A stretch of 64,000 bases of DNA from Patescibacteria group bacterium (lineage in GTDB: Bacteria > Patescibacteriota > Patescibacteriia > JBAZBY01): positions 366,940-430,939 of the forward strand of contig JBAZBY010000001.1 of assembly GCA_041671225.1 (NCBI GenBank), given 5' to 3'. Below the pieces are notes generated by a model. It worked only from the letters and a program-made list of their open reading frames with translations. It was not told where the DNA came from and did not search any database. The stretch's first letter is position 1, and the number at the start of each line of letters is the position of its first letter. Positions 1 to 8,630 of this stretch are shown piece by piece. Made by a program: the position numbers and the translations under genes.

Positions 1-1035
1 ACGGATATTTTTGTCTACTTTAAAGAGTTCAAAAAGACCGCTGCGTCCGCTATACCCGCCGCCTTCAGCGCGTGTCGCATCTGGTGATGGACGGTAGAGT
101 TGTACTGGTTTTCCCGCTGGTAAACCAAGCTCTTTCACAATTTCATCAGGCGCGTCATAGCTTTCTTTTGTTTCATCATCCAGTACCCGCACAAGCCGTT
201 GTGCCATCACGCCGATCGTTGCGGAGGCGATGAGCACCCGTTCGATTCCCATATCAACAAGCCGCGTTATCGCACCGACGGCATCGTTGGTGTGGATAGT
301 AGTGAGCACAAGGTGGCCCGTGAGTGCTGCGCGGATGGCAATCTCTGCGGTATCACGATCGCGAATTTCACCAACAAGAATAATGTCCGGATCCTGTCGC
401 AGCAGAGAGCGAAGGCCATTTGCAAATGAGATATCGCCACCGGCTTGCGTCTGGCGGATCATGGGGAGCTGGTATTCTACGGGGTCTTCTAATGTGACGA
501 TGGTTTTGTCCGGGCTGTTGATGGCATTGAGCGTTGCGTAGAGTGAGGTTGTCTTACCAGAACCGTTTGGTCCAGAAACAAAAAGAATGCCATATGGCTG
601 ATGGATAAGCTTTTCCCATTCTTCCAATTGATCCTGCGCAAAGCCGAGGTACTCAAGCCCCATGAGCACGCGTGATTTATCCAGCAGGCGGAGCACCATG
701 TTCTCGCCATAGATGGTAGGGAACGTTGAAACGCGCACGTCGTATTGCTTGCCATCAAGCGAGGTATTAAAGCGGCCATCCTGCGGCTTGCGGCTTTCCG
801 CAATATCAAGACCAGCCATCACCTTAAAGCGTGAGAGTAATGGAGAATGCATTGAGATTTCATGTGTTTCTAGCTCCCGCATGACACCATCAACGCGAAG
901 ACGAATTCGAAGAATTTTATCTTCCGGTTCCAGATGAATATCTGATGCCGCGTTGAGTGCGGCGAGGCGCAGGAGGTCGGTCGCTGTCTGGATGATGACC
1001 CCCTCTTGAGATTCGATTTTTTCCTTACGTACCAT
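1..1035 (-). CDS. PilT/GspE-family pilus retraction or secretion ATPase; N-terminal ~345 aa, the 3' part runs off the window start
   Basis: Minus-strand translation from the ATG at 1035-1033 gives ASDIHLEPEDKILRIRLRVDGVM, Walker A GPNGSGKTT, an Asp box and the His box TGHLVLTTIHTNDA. There is no tetracysteine motif and Walker A sits near aa 155, so it is PilT-like rather than PilB-like. Confidence 0.8.
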   Translation of the reverse strand, partial: MVRKEKIESQEGVIIQTATDLLRLAALNAASDIHLEPEDKILRIRLRVDGVMRELETHEISMHSPLLSRFKVMAGLDIAESRKPQDGRFNTSLDGKQYDVRVSTFPTIYGENMVLRLLDKSRVLMGLEYLGFAQDQLEEWEKLIHQPYGILFVSGPNGSGKTTSLYATLNAINSPDKTIVTLEDPVEYQLPMIRQTQAGGDISFANGLRSLLRQDPDIILVGEIRDRDTAEIAIRAALTGHLVLTTIHTNDAVGAITRLVDMGIERVLIASATIGVMAQRLVRVLDDETKESYDAPDEIVKELGLPAGKPVQLYRPSPDATRAEGGGYSGRSGLFELFKVDKNIR

Positions 1036-1064
1036 AGCCTTTATTCTACGGGTTTCAGTAAGAA

Positions 1065-1093
1065 TTGACAACGGAATCTTGCTCTGGTACACT
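1065..1093 (+). promoter_or_regulatory. sigma70-type promoter for rpsP: TTGACA-N17-TACACT with a TG extension (TGGTACACT)
   Basis: TTGACA lies at 1065-1070 and TACACT at 1088-1093 with a 17-nt spacer. A ~50-nt leader containing a hairpin precedes the rpsP ATG. Confidence 0.6.
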
Positions 1094-1148
1094 CCGCCAT
1101 GCGCTTGAAATGGGAGCGCGCTCGAAATACTAAGAATTACTGCGACAT

Positions 1149-1550
1149 ATGTTGCGAATCCGCTTTGCCAGACACGGCAAGAAAAACCATGCAACGTACC
1201 GGATCATTGTTTCCGAACGTTCCTGGGATACAAAGGGGCGATACATAGAGTTACTAGGGCATCTTGACCCTCATACCAAACCGAAGACGGTTGTGCTTAA
1301 AGAAGACCGTTTAAAGTATTGGCTTTCTATGGGTGCACAGCCTTCCTTAACGGTGCATAATCTTCTTATTGAGCAGAAGATTATGGATGGCAAAAAAATA
1401 CCAACCGGTTATGCGAAGAAGAAGAAAACAGAAGGCGAAGAAGCTGAGGCTCCTGCAGCAGCCATAAAAGAGAAGCCGGCAGTAGAAGAGAAGAAAGAAG
1501 AGCCTGCTGAAGCAAAGATCGAAGAGAAGCCTGAAGAGAAAAAGGAATAA
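1149..1550 (+). CDS. rpsP: 30S ribosomal protein bS16 with a C-terminal K/E/A-rich low-complexity extension
   Basis: MLRIRFARHGKKNHATYRIIVSERSWDTKGRYIELLGHLDP matches bS16. The tail EGEEAEAPAAAIKEKPAVEEKKEEPAEAKIEEKPEEKKE is low-complexity. Confidence 0.95.
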   Translation: MLRIRFARHGKKNHATYRIIVSERSWDTKGRYIELLGHLDPHTKPKTVVLKEDRLKYWLSMGAQPSLTVHNLLIEQKIMDGKKIPTGYAKKKKTEGEEAEAPAAAIKEKPAVEEKKEEPAEAKIEEKPEEKKE

Positions 1551-1665
1551 ATTGACAGGCCTCACGCCCATTCTTATAGTAGAAGTGTTCCTGCGGGGAC
1601 TGGAGTATATGTCGGCCAGTATCCAGCAGTACCTTACATAATCAGAATCTTAAAGAAAATCTGCT

Positions 1666-2070
1666 ATGGCAGAACAGTACGATGACCAACAGTTCGTCGA
1701 GTACGTCGTCAAGGCGCTCGTTGACCGCCCGGATGATGTTTCTAGCGAACGCAAAGTCGATGAAATGGGAGTGCTCATCACACTCAAGGTAAACCCAGAA
1801 GATCTGGGTCAGGTGATTGGCCGTTCAGGCCAGACCGCCAAAGCGCTCCGCACACTGCTCCGCGTTGTTGGCGCAAAGAATCACGCACGCGTGAATCTCA
1901 AGATCTACGAACCGGAAGGCTATCGCAAAGAGGATAAAGCCCCGCGACGCGAAGGATTCCGCGATGACCGAAGAGATGATCGAAGAGACGACCGCCGCGA
2001 CGACCGTTCCAGCGCTCCGCGCCAGGAGATGGAAGCGCCGGAGTCAGTGGTTGACGACCTCAAACTCTAA
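1666..2070 (+). CDS. KH-domain RNA-binding protein (YlqC/UPF0109-like) with a C-terminal RDD repeat tail
   Basis: Contains the KH motif VIGRSGQTAKALRTLL. It sits in the conserved rpsP-KH-trmD gene order. The tail reads RDDRRDDRRDDRRDDR. Confidence 0.85.
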   Translation: MAEQYDDQQFVEYVVKALVDRPDDVSSERKVDEMGVLITLKVNPEDLGQVIGRSGQTAKALRTLLRVVGAKNHARVNLKIYEPEGYRKEDKAPRREGFRDDRRDDRRDDRRDDRSSAPRQEMEAPESVVDDLKL

Positions 2071-2118
2071 CCCGCCTACGCCCAGCGGCTTCGGCAGGCA
2101 AGTAGTGCAATAATTAAA

Positions 2119-2149
2119 CTCCGCCTCGCAAGGGGCGGGGTTTTGGTTT
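2119..2149 (+). terminator. Rho-independent terminator after the KH gene
   Basis: Hairpin ccgcctc-GCAA-ggggcgg (GNRA loop) followed by ggttttggttt. Confidence 0.6.
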
Positions 2150-2166
2150 ATGGTACACTGTTTATT

Positions 2167-2829
2167 ATGAGGATCGATATCATCACCATCTTCCCAGATT
2201 TCTTTGACCAATTCCTTGAGGAAAGCATTTTGGCGCGTGCGCTCAAGAAGAAGCTCATCTCCATCCGCGTATGGGATCTGCGTCTGTTCACAGAGGACAA
2301 GCACCGCACCGTGGACGACCGTCCATACAGCGGCGGGCCAGGCATGCTCATGAAGGTGGATGTGCTGGTGCGTGCGCTTCGCGAGGTTGTCGGCAGTACA
2401 AAGACCATTGGCGTCAAAGGAACGCGTGTGTTGTTTATGGACGCGGGCGGGGAGCAGTTCACACAGAAGACTGCAGTGCAATTTTCCAAATTGGATCGCT
2501 TGGTATTGCTCTGCGGCCGGTATGAAGGCGTGGATGCGCGGGTGATGGACTATGTTGATGGCCGCGTTTCCATCGGGCCATATGTGTTGAATGGCGGCGA
2601 AGTCGCGGCCATGGCCGTTGTGGAAGCAAGCATGCGTCTGCTTCCGGGAGTGCTGGGGCATGAAGATTCCGCAAAGGATGAATCACACAGTGAAGAAGGT
2701 GTGCTGGAATATCCGCAGTACACGCGACCGGAGGAATTTGAGGGGAAGAAGGTGCCGGAGATATTGCTTTCCGGCGACCATGCAAAGATCGCCGCGTGGC
2801 GGAAGCAACAAAAGCGGAAACGCACATGA
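2167..2829 (+). CDS. trmD: tRNA (guanine37-N1)-methyltransferase TrmD
   Basis: MRIDIITIFPDFF...RPYSGGPGMLM matches TrmD. The start was chosen at 2167 because TGGTACACT (2151-2159) lies 7 nt upstream, giving a leaderless-type start. The track ORF begins at 2143. Confidence 0.9.
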   Translation: MRIDIITIFPDFFDQFLEESILARALKKKLISIRVWDLRLFTEDKHRTVDDRPYSGGPGMLMKVDVLVRALREVVGSTKTIGVKGTRVLFMDAGGEQFTQKTAVQFSKLDRLVLLCGRYEGVDARVMDYVDGRVSIGPYVLNGGEVAAMAVVEASMRLLPGVLGHEDSAKDESHSEEGVLEYPQYTRPEEFEGKKVPEILLSGDHAKIAAWRKQQKRKRT

Positions 2830-3557
2830 AGCTCTTCGGGAAAACGATTGGCAAAGGGGAAGTTGGCCTCGTTATCGGCCTTGGGCTTGTTATTGTTTAT
2901 ATAGTCGTTGTGGGAAATTTGCCCGGACTTCGTTCTTGGATTGCAGATCTTTTTGCGAACGCAGAACATTGGAGCCCGGCATATGCATATTGGAGCGCGT
3001 TTCTTGTTGCCGGGCTTTCCAATTCCACCATCATCTTCCCATTTCCATACACCGCATATCTCATCCTTTTGGGGAGCGTCGGTTTTAACCCCTGGGCGCT
3101 CGGGATTTTTGCGGGGCTCGGCGCTGCACTTGGGGAGATTACCGCTTACTTCACTGGCCGGTTCGGCCGTGCGCTGCTGAATGATGAGAAGAAAAAAAAT
3201 CTCGCTTTTCTCCGCGAACTCATCGCGCAGAAACATTGGCGTGTGGCCCTTTTTCTTTTCCTTCTCGGATGTACCCCAATTCCAGATGATATTTTTCTGA
3301 TCCCGCTTGGGCTCCTCAAGTACCCATTTTGGCGCGCGATATGGCCCATGGCGCTTGGGAAGGTTGTGCTCACATATATCTTTGCGGCAACCGGGAGTGC
3401 TGCGGGGACGGGCTTGCAGGATGTTGCGGCAGGGGAAGAGAGCATATGGCTGCAGGTCGCGTCCCTTGTTGGTGTCGTGGTGGTTCTATACTTTGTCAGT
3501 AAGATCAACTGGGATACGTTCGTGCATAGATTTTTTGGGAAGAAGGCGGAGAAATAG
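2826..3557 (+). CDS. DedA/VTT (SNARE-associated) family membrane protein
   Basis: MKLFGKT... is multi-TM with a VTT-like core (FPFPYTAYLILLGS...GRFGR). The ATG overlaps the trmD stop as ATGA. Confidence 0.65.
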   Translation: MKLFGKTIGKGEVGLVIGLGLVIVYIVVVGNLPGLRSWIADLFANAEHWSPAYAYWSAFLVAGLSNSTIIFPFPYTAYLILLGSVGFNPWALGIFAGLGAALGEITAYFTGRFGRALLNDEKKKNLAFLRELIAQKHWRVALFLFLLGCTPIPDDIFLIPLGLLKYPFWRAIWPMALGKVVLTYIFAATGSAAGTGLQDVAAGEESIWLQVASLVGVVVVLYFVSKINWDTFVHRFFGKKAEK

Positions 3558-3573
3558 TTTAAGGGAAAACAAA

Positions 3574-3600
3574 AAAGCAGGTTTTTGATGAGAACCTGCC
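3574..3600. terminator. Bidirectional hairpin terminator between convergent genes
   Basis: Stem gcaggtt/aacctgc. On the minus strand it is followed by a T-run, and on the plus strand it is preceded by an A-run. Confidence 0.6.
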
Positions 3601-3614
3601 ATGATACGGGAAAA

Positions 3615-4226
3615 CTATTTTTCGAACCAAACCCCGTGTCTATCCCGGGAAATTTTGACCGCGATCGCCGTTAGAAGAAGAATAAATACTATTGATGTTT
3701 CTGAGAACAAAAATCCAAATATTTGCGCCATATACAGAGTTGCGCTTAATAAGAGGATGATGAGGGATAGCACTTGGTATTTTTTGCGAAAATGACGCTC
3801 AATGATCGATACATGGCCGTATTGGTAGAACATCAGTCCGGCTAGTGTGATGATGATCGTCATTGTGCGGAGGAAGACGTCGCCGGTGATGACATTGATG
3901 ACCAATGGGATCGCCACGATAAGGAAATAGACCCCAAAATACTCACTGAAGATATCTCCCGTGACCATGCTCCGTTGGAATCCCTTTTCACTATTATTGG
4001 AAATATCGATTGCGGCGTTCGTATATATGAGAGTGGAAAAAAGGAACCCGAAGATGCTCACAATAAGAAAGGCGATAGGAACCCGCACCGTTTGGTCAAA
4101 ATTCTGGAAGGAAGTGAGAAGAAGGCCAGTAAAAAAAACCGTTACGGCGGTCATGAATGACGTAAAAGAGACGTTCGTCTGTACGTGAGTTTGGAAATTT
4201 TCGAGGTTGATTTTTTTCTTAAACAT
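3615..4226 (-). CDS. Hypothetical multi-pass membrane protein
   Basis: 203-aa ORF with about six hydrophobic helices and no recognisable family. Confidence 0.6.
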   Translation of the reverse strand: MFKKKINLENFQTHVQTNVSFTSFMTAVTVFFTGLLLTSFQNFDQTVRVPIAFLIVSIFGFLFSTLIYTNAAIDISNNSEKGFQRSMVTGDIFSEYFGVYFLIVAIPLVINVITGDVFLRTMTIIITLAGLMFYQYGHVSIIERHFRKKYQVLSLIILLLSATLYMAQIFGFLFSETSIVFILLLTAIAVKISRDRHGVWFEK

Positions 4227-4309
4227 ATTTATTTACTATCTCCTTATAGAATCATGGAAATAACATCATACGTCAAGTTGATGGGATTTCATTGAGGACG
4301 ATTTGGATG

Positions 4310-4348
4310 AAAAAAAAGCGGCCTCGTCTGACGAATCAGACGAGGCCG
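4310..4348 (-). terminator. Rho-independent terminator for the 4384-4962 gene
   Basis: Perfect hairpin gcggcctcgtctga...tcagacgaggccg. On the minus strand a T8 run follows it. Confidence 0.75.
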
Positions 4349-4383
4349 GTTAGGGCGGGCGGGGGCAGCGCATGCTGACCTCC

Positions 4384-4962
4384 CTATAAAGGAACGACGA
4401 GCGCGATCCGGGCGAAGGAGCTTCCTTCGCGCGTTTTTCCGAGAAAGCTATAGAGCGTTCCTCGGGAAGTGGCGTACGAGAGTACTCCGCCGATCATGCG
4501 GGTGTCTGTACCGGTCTGGAGTATGCCTTCCACCTGCGCGCCGATCCCGACCATCGGGATGATGCCGTTCATCACTACATAGGTGCGGTAGGTGAACGTG
4601 GGTTTGGCGTCCGGGCTGAACGCTGCGAGATTCCAGCTTTGGCAGTCCCACGTGCTGTCCGTATAGATGAGAAATACCTCTGGCAGGACACTCCAAGTCT
4701 GGATTTCACCGCCAACGTAGTTCACCGCGGCCAAGGGCTGCACCAGTAGGTTGCCGAGCGCGAAGGTGGGGCCGATTTCAAGCCCTGCCCAGCCAGCCGT
4801 GGAAGTGATGGCGTTGAGGTTCCATCCATCCTTCTCATGAAACAGCCAGGTGGTGTATTCGCCATCATGTTCCACACGCAGGATGTTGATTTCCTCGGCA
4901 TTGGCGAACGAGGGGGCCACAAGAGAAACGAGAACGAGCAGAAGCGCGAACGTGCGGGTCAT
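4384..4962 (-). CDS. Secreted hypothetical protein (Sec signal peptide)
   Basis: MTRTFALLLVLVSLVAPSFANA|EE fits an AXA cleavage site. The mature part is W/T/G-rich with no family match. Confidence 0.65.
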   Translation of the reverse strand: MTRTFALLLVLVSLVAPSFANAEEINILRVEHDGEYTTWLFHEKDGWNLNAITSTAGWAGLEIGPTFALGNLLVQPLAAVNYVGGEIQTWSVLPEVFLIYTDSTWDCQSWNLAAFSPDAKPTFTYRTYVVMNGIIPMVGIGAQVEGILQTGTDTRMIGGVLSYATSRGTLYSFLGKTREGSSFARIALVVPL

Positions 4963-5119
4963 GGTGACCTGTCTTTCTCAGGCCAGAGGCCTGTGTAGGT
5001 TTTCGACGAACGATCAGCTTACTTCCCACCACAATCTCTCAACAAGTGAGAGACTTTGGCGGGAGTAGGAATGTTCGGGGGGCAACATTCCTACTTGAAG
5101 AGCGGAGAGAAAGAGCGGG

Positions 5120-5500
5120 TCAGAGGGAGGGCTCAGGAGCGACAGGACTGTCATTTGCTTCGACGAGCCAGAGGCCGTCGATATGGGTGACGTCGGGTGG
5201 GTGACATCGATAGTTGGAGGGACTCCCCCCGGGGCTCCATTCAATGGAGTAGAAGCCCCTTGGCTCCGGGCGCAGGATGTTCACCGATGCGTATACCTTT
5301 TCACCGGGGTTGTACGCCAACCTGAATGCTTCCAGCCACGCCTGCTGATAGTCGGGCGTGACGTACCCTGCAAGTGCTTCACGCACCGCAGGGACGGACA
5401 TCAGGAACCCGATGTCCACGAGCCGGAAGGCCTTTTTCCCTTCGAGCTCATCCCATCCATCAAGAACGAACACTTCTCCAACTTTCGGAAAAGGTAGCAT
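5120..5500 (-). CDS. Hypothetical protein
   Basis: 126-aa ORF in a coding-dense region with no recognisable motifs. Confidence 0.45.
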   Translation of the reverse strand: MLPFPKVGEVFVLDGWDELEGKKAFRLVDIGFLMSVPAVREALAGYVTPDYQQAWLEAFRLAYNPGEKVYASVNILRPEPRGFYSIEWSPGGSPSNYRCHPPDVTHIDGLWLVEANDSPVAPEPSL

Positions 5501-5714
5501 GATGCACTCCTTATCTGGCGCTAGGCGCCGGTTTTGACTTGTGACAGAGCGGTTTTTGCAGTGTTAGGTCTCTTTGGTCTTTTAGCCTAACTGGGTATCC
5601 TACCATAAATAGAACAAGTTGTCAATATACCTGACAATAGGAAATCCATACTAAGTACGAAAATACTACAATATATTGAATATTGTTGAATCCTAGAATA
5701 TTCTGCTACAATTC

Positions 5715-5743
5715 TTGACACTTTTCCTCTTTCGGCGTACACT
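5715..5743 (+). promoter_or_regulatory. Promoter TTGACA-N17-TACACT with the ATG 6 nt downstream (leaderless mRNA)
   Basis: TTGACA at 5715-5720, TACACT at 5738-5743, ATG at 5750. The same tacactgcatNtatgg context recurs at 9693-9710. Confidence 0.6.
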
Positions 5744-5749
5744 GCATAT

Positions 5750-6490
5750 ATGGATATTCAGGAAGCATTGACCGAACTCAACCTCACTCCCCGCGAGGCA
5801 CAGATATACCTCGCATTATTGGAAATGGGGCAAGCAACGCCTCTGAAATTGTCCACCAGGACCGGGCTCAAGCGGCCAACCGTATATTTGGATCTGGAAT
5901 CACTGCGCAGGAAGAAACTTGCCGGGTTGGCATTCCAAGGGAAGAAGTCGGTTTATGTGCCGGAGTCTCCCACAACGCTGGTGCGCCTCATGGAGGAACA
6001 GGAGCGTAAGGCAAAGGAGATCCTTCCGTTGCTCAAGGCCCTGGAGAACAAAGGCGGCAAAAAGCCGCAGATCCGGTATTTTGACCAGTCGGACGACATT
6101 GCGCGCGTATGGGACACGGAACTCTTCCGCGCAAAGGAAGTCGCCTTCATAACCAGTCTTACCAAGCTGGAGGCGCAGTATCCTGTTGTGACCGACGGTA
6201 CGGACAAGCTCATCACCGCAGGACGGTTCACGAAGTACCGCGAGATCCTCACGCCAACAAAAGAAGACCGCGCGTATGCAGCAAAACCGCACCCCGTCGA
6301 GCGCGGCATGCGCATCGCGCCTGCGGATTTTGATTACCACACGGACATCGAGCTCTGGGAGGACAACGTCGGGTTGTATTCCATTGACGGTCGGTATCTG
6401 TTGGTGATCACGGATGCGAGCATTGTGAAATCATTCCGCGCACTGTTTGAGCAGCTTTGGAAGGTTTCTACGGTGCCAAAGAAATCGTGA
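5750..6490 (+). CDS. TrmB-family wHTH transcriptional regulator
   Basis: The N-terminal wHTH LTPREAQIYLALLEMGQATPLKLSTRTGLKRPTVYLDLESLRRKKL is typical of TrmB, followed by a C-terminal effector-type domain. Confidence 0.7.
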   Translation: MDIQEALTELNLTPREAQIYLALLEMGQATPLKLSTRTGLKRPTVYLDLESLRRKKLAGLAFQGKKSVYVPESPTTLVRLMEEQERKAKEILPLLKALENKGGKKPQIRYFDQSDDIARVWDTELFRAKEVAFITSLTKLEAQYPVVTDGTDKLITAGRFTKYREILTPTKEDRAYAAKPHPVERGMRIAPADFDYHTDIELWEDNVGLYSIDGRYLLVITDASIVKSFRALFEQLWKVSTVPKKS

Positions 6491-6502
6491 TACACTACAC
6501 AT

Positions 6503-6862
6503 ATGAGCGAAGAAAAGGATTTAACCCTCAAACAAGCCCAAGCAGCGGTGAAGGCCTTTGCCGAGCGGAACGGCTGGGAAGACAAGCCGAATATAGACAA
6601 ACTGGATCACCTCCACGAGGAGCTGGTGGAAATTTCTCAGCACATCCGCTATAAGAGCGAGCAGGAGCGCGAGGATTTTGTGCGTCAGAACAAAGACCTT
6701 TTCACCGAAGAGATTGCTGATTTGCTGTTTGGCGTGTGCCGCGTGGCAAATCAGTTTGGCGTGGACTTGGAAGAAGGATTTGCCATGGTGCAAGAAAAGA
6801 TTTTGAAGAAGTACGGCAAGGGGAAGGAGAACAACATCGCATGGAAAAAGAAAACGCAATGA
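6503..6862 (+). CDS. MazG-like nucleotide pyrophosphohydrolase (NTP-PPase, all-alpha)
   Basis: EExxE-type motifs HLHEELVEISQ and FTEEIADLLFGVCRVANQFGVDLEEGF. Confidence 0.65.
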   Translation: MSEEKDLTLKQAQAAVKAFAERNGWEDKPNIDKLDHLHEELVEISQHIRYKSEQEREDFVRQNKDLFTEEIADLLFGVCRVANQFGVDLEEGFAMVQEKILKKYGKGKENNIAWKKKTQ

Positions 6863-7113
6863 AATCGCAATTTCACTTCACCCTTGGTACCCTCCTCGCA
6901 TTTGCTGGCGGTCTCTTACTTCTCACCTTTGGGTTATTTCTTCTATGGCTGGTAGCAGACGATGACCGTTACATTTGGGCTATCAATGGTCCGGGATTTT
7001 TTGCACAGATTGGAGGAGTGCAGTGGTCGCTCTTTGGTTTTATTGCTCCAGTTCTTGGCCTTGGACTTATCATAACTTCACTTATGATGGCACATTCAGC
7101 ATCAAAGAAATGA
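6859..7113 (+). CDS. Small membrane protein (2 TM)
   Basis: MKSQFHFTLGTLLAFAGGLLLLTFGLFLLWLV... The ATG overlaps the upstream stop as ATGA and its own stop overlaps the msrA ATG. Confidence 0.5.
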   Translation: MKSQFHFTLGTLLAFAGGLLLLTFGLFLLWLVADDDRYIWAINGPGFFAQIGGVQWSLFGFIAPVLGLGLIITSLMMAHSASKK

Positions 7114-7613
7114 TGAATGCGCAGATCGCTTACTTTGCAGGAGGATGTTTTTGGGGGATAGAGGAAGCCTTCCGTCACTTACCTGGTGTTGTTGATGCAG
7201 AATCCGGATATATAGGTGGGCATACGGAGAACCCGAGTTATGAAGATGTCTGCTCGCATACCACGGGCCATGCAGAGACGGTGAAGGTGACGTATGACCC
7301 GGAGAACATATCATACGAGGAACTCCTGCGCGTCTTTTTTGACATTCACAATCCCACGCACGTGAACCGCCAGGGACAGGATGTGGGCGATCAGTACCGC
7401 ACGGAGATCTTTTATGCGGATGATACACAGAAGGCTGCGGCAGAAAAAGCCAAAACAGTGCTGGAGCAATCAGGGAAGCATGACAAACCCATTGCCACGG
7501 CCATCACCAAAGCGCCCGTGTTTTACCGCGCAGAGGAATATCATCAGCATTATTTGGAAAAGAATCCTGGTGCGCCGTGTCACGTACCAAGTAAGTATGT
7601 GCAGCATCGGTAG
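7110..7613 (+). CDS. msrA: Peptide methionine sulfoxide reductase MsrA
   Basis: MMNAQIAYFAGGCFWGIEEAF contains the GCFWG active-site motif. Confidence 0.9.
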   Translation: MMNAQIAYFAGGCFWGIEEAFRHLPGVVDAESGYIGGHTENPSYEDVCSHTTGHAETVKVTYDPENISYEELLRVFFDIHNPTHVNRQGQDVGDQYRTEIFYADDTQKAAAEKAKTVLEQSGKHDKPIATAITKAPVFYRAEEYHQHYLEKNPGAPCHVPSKYVQHR

Positions 7614-7614
7614 T

Positions 7615-8580
7615 ATGATTCCTATTCGCAACAAGGGCATTGCCACACATCTCATAGAATTCCACGCATCGGATGGCATTAAGCTTTCCGGTCTGCTGTA
7701 CCTGCCAAAGCAAAAGACGAGCACAGTGGTGATTTCATTACATGGAACCGGCGGCGGGTCAGTGTTCTATGCGACGGATCGCACGAATACGATGGGTGCG
7801 GCATTTGCAGAACGTGGTGTGGCATTTTTACCATTCAACAACCGGGGCGCAGGGCTCATCCAGCCGCATAAGCAACGCATCGGAAACAAGACAAAAAGAG
7901 TTTACTATGGAAGCGGATTGGAGCTCATTAAGGATGCAGTGTTGGATATTGATGGTGCAGTCGCCTATGCGCGCTCGCTTGGATATACGCGTATTTTTCT
8001 TGCTGGCGCTTCCACCGGTGCGAACAAGATCTGCGTGTACCATGCCTCGTCCATAGGCCTACGGCCGAGGGCAAAGAGCCCGCGGAATCGCGTGACCGGC
8101 TATATACTGCTCGGCGGCGGGGATGACACTGGCCTGCTCTATACTGATCTTGGCAAGCGGAAGTTTTACAAATTATTGGACGAAGTAAAAAAGAAGGTGA
8201 AAGCAGGACACGGCGATGAAGTGGTTCCGTTCACCACTGGCGTGCCAAAGTACATGACGTGGCAGGCATTGTATGACATGGCGAATCCGGACGGGTTATA
8301 TAACTGCTTCCCATTCCGCGAGGCGATGCGTGGCGAGCCAAAGTCCAGAAAGCCCCTGTTCCACCTGCTCAAAAAGATCACCAAGCCGAGCCTGGTGCTG
8401 TATGGCAGTGAGGATGAATATTGCTATGGTGATGTTCCGCGCGTTGTGGAATTGTTAAAAGATGCTGTGAGGGGAAAGAAGCATTTTACGTTTATGGTGC
8501 TGCAAGGTGCTGATCACAGCTACCACAAGAAAGAGAAGCAACTCACCCGCATGATGCATGCGTGGATGCATCGCGTGTGA
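7615..8580 (+). CDS. Alpha/beta-fold hydrolase
   Basis: Nucleophile elbow FLAGASTGANK (GxSxG) and HGTGGG near the N-terminus. The start is taken at the ATG immediately after the msrA stop. Confidence 0.65.
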   Translation: MIPIRNKGIATHLIEFHASDGIKLSGLLYLPKQKTSTVVISLHGTGGGSVFYATDRTNTMGAAFAERGVAFLPFNNRGAGLIQPHKQRIGNKTKRVYYGSGLELIKDAVLDIDGAVAYARSLGYTRIFLAGASTGANKICVYHASSIGLRPRAKSPRNRVTGYILLGGGDDTGLLYTDLGKRKFYKLLDEVKKKVKAGHGDEVVPFTTGVPKYMTWQALYDMANPDGLYNCFPFREAMRGEPKSRKPLFHLLKKITKPSLVLYGSEDEYCYGDVPRVVELLKDAVRGKKHFTFMVLQGADHSYHKKEKQLTRMMHAWMHRV

Positions 8581-8630
8581 TACAGTAGCCATATGGAACG
8601 TAAGCATGCAACATAATAGTAAGCAAATTT

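Noticed and set aside
199-937. Plus- and minus-strand ORFs of 74-106 aa overlapping the PilT gene
   Set aside because: They are alternative frames of a clearly coding PilT-like ATPase gene that contains Walker A, Asp and His boxes.
2143-2829. trmD start at 2143 (MVYGTLFIM...) and DedA start at 2796
   Set aside because: The 2143 start would begin inside the terminator hairpin region. The extended -10 TGGTACACT at 2151-2159 places the transcript start after it, so the ATG at 2167 is used. For the DedA-family gene, the ATG at 2826 overlapping the trmD stop gives the typical coupled start.
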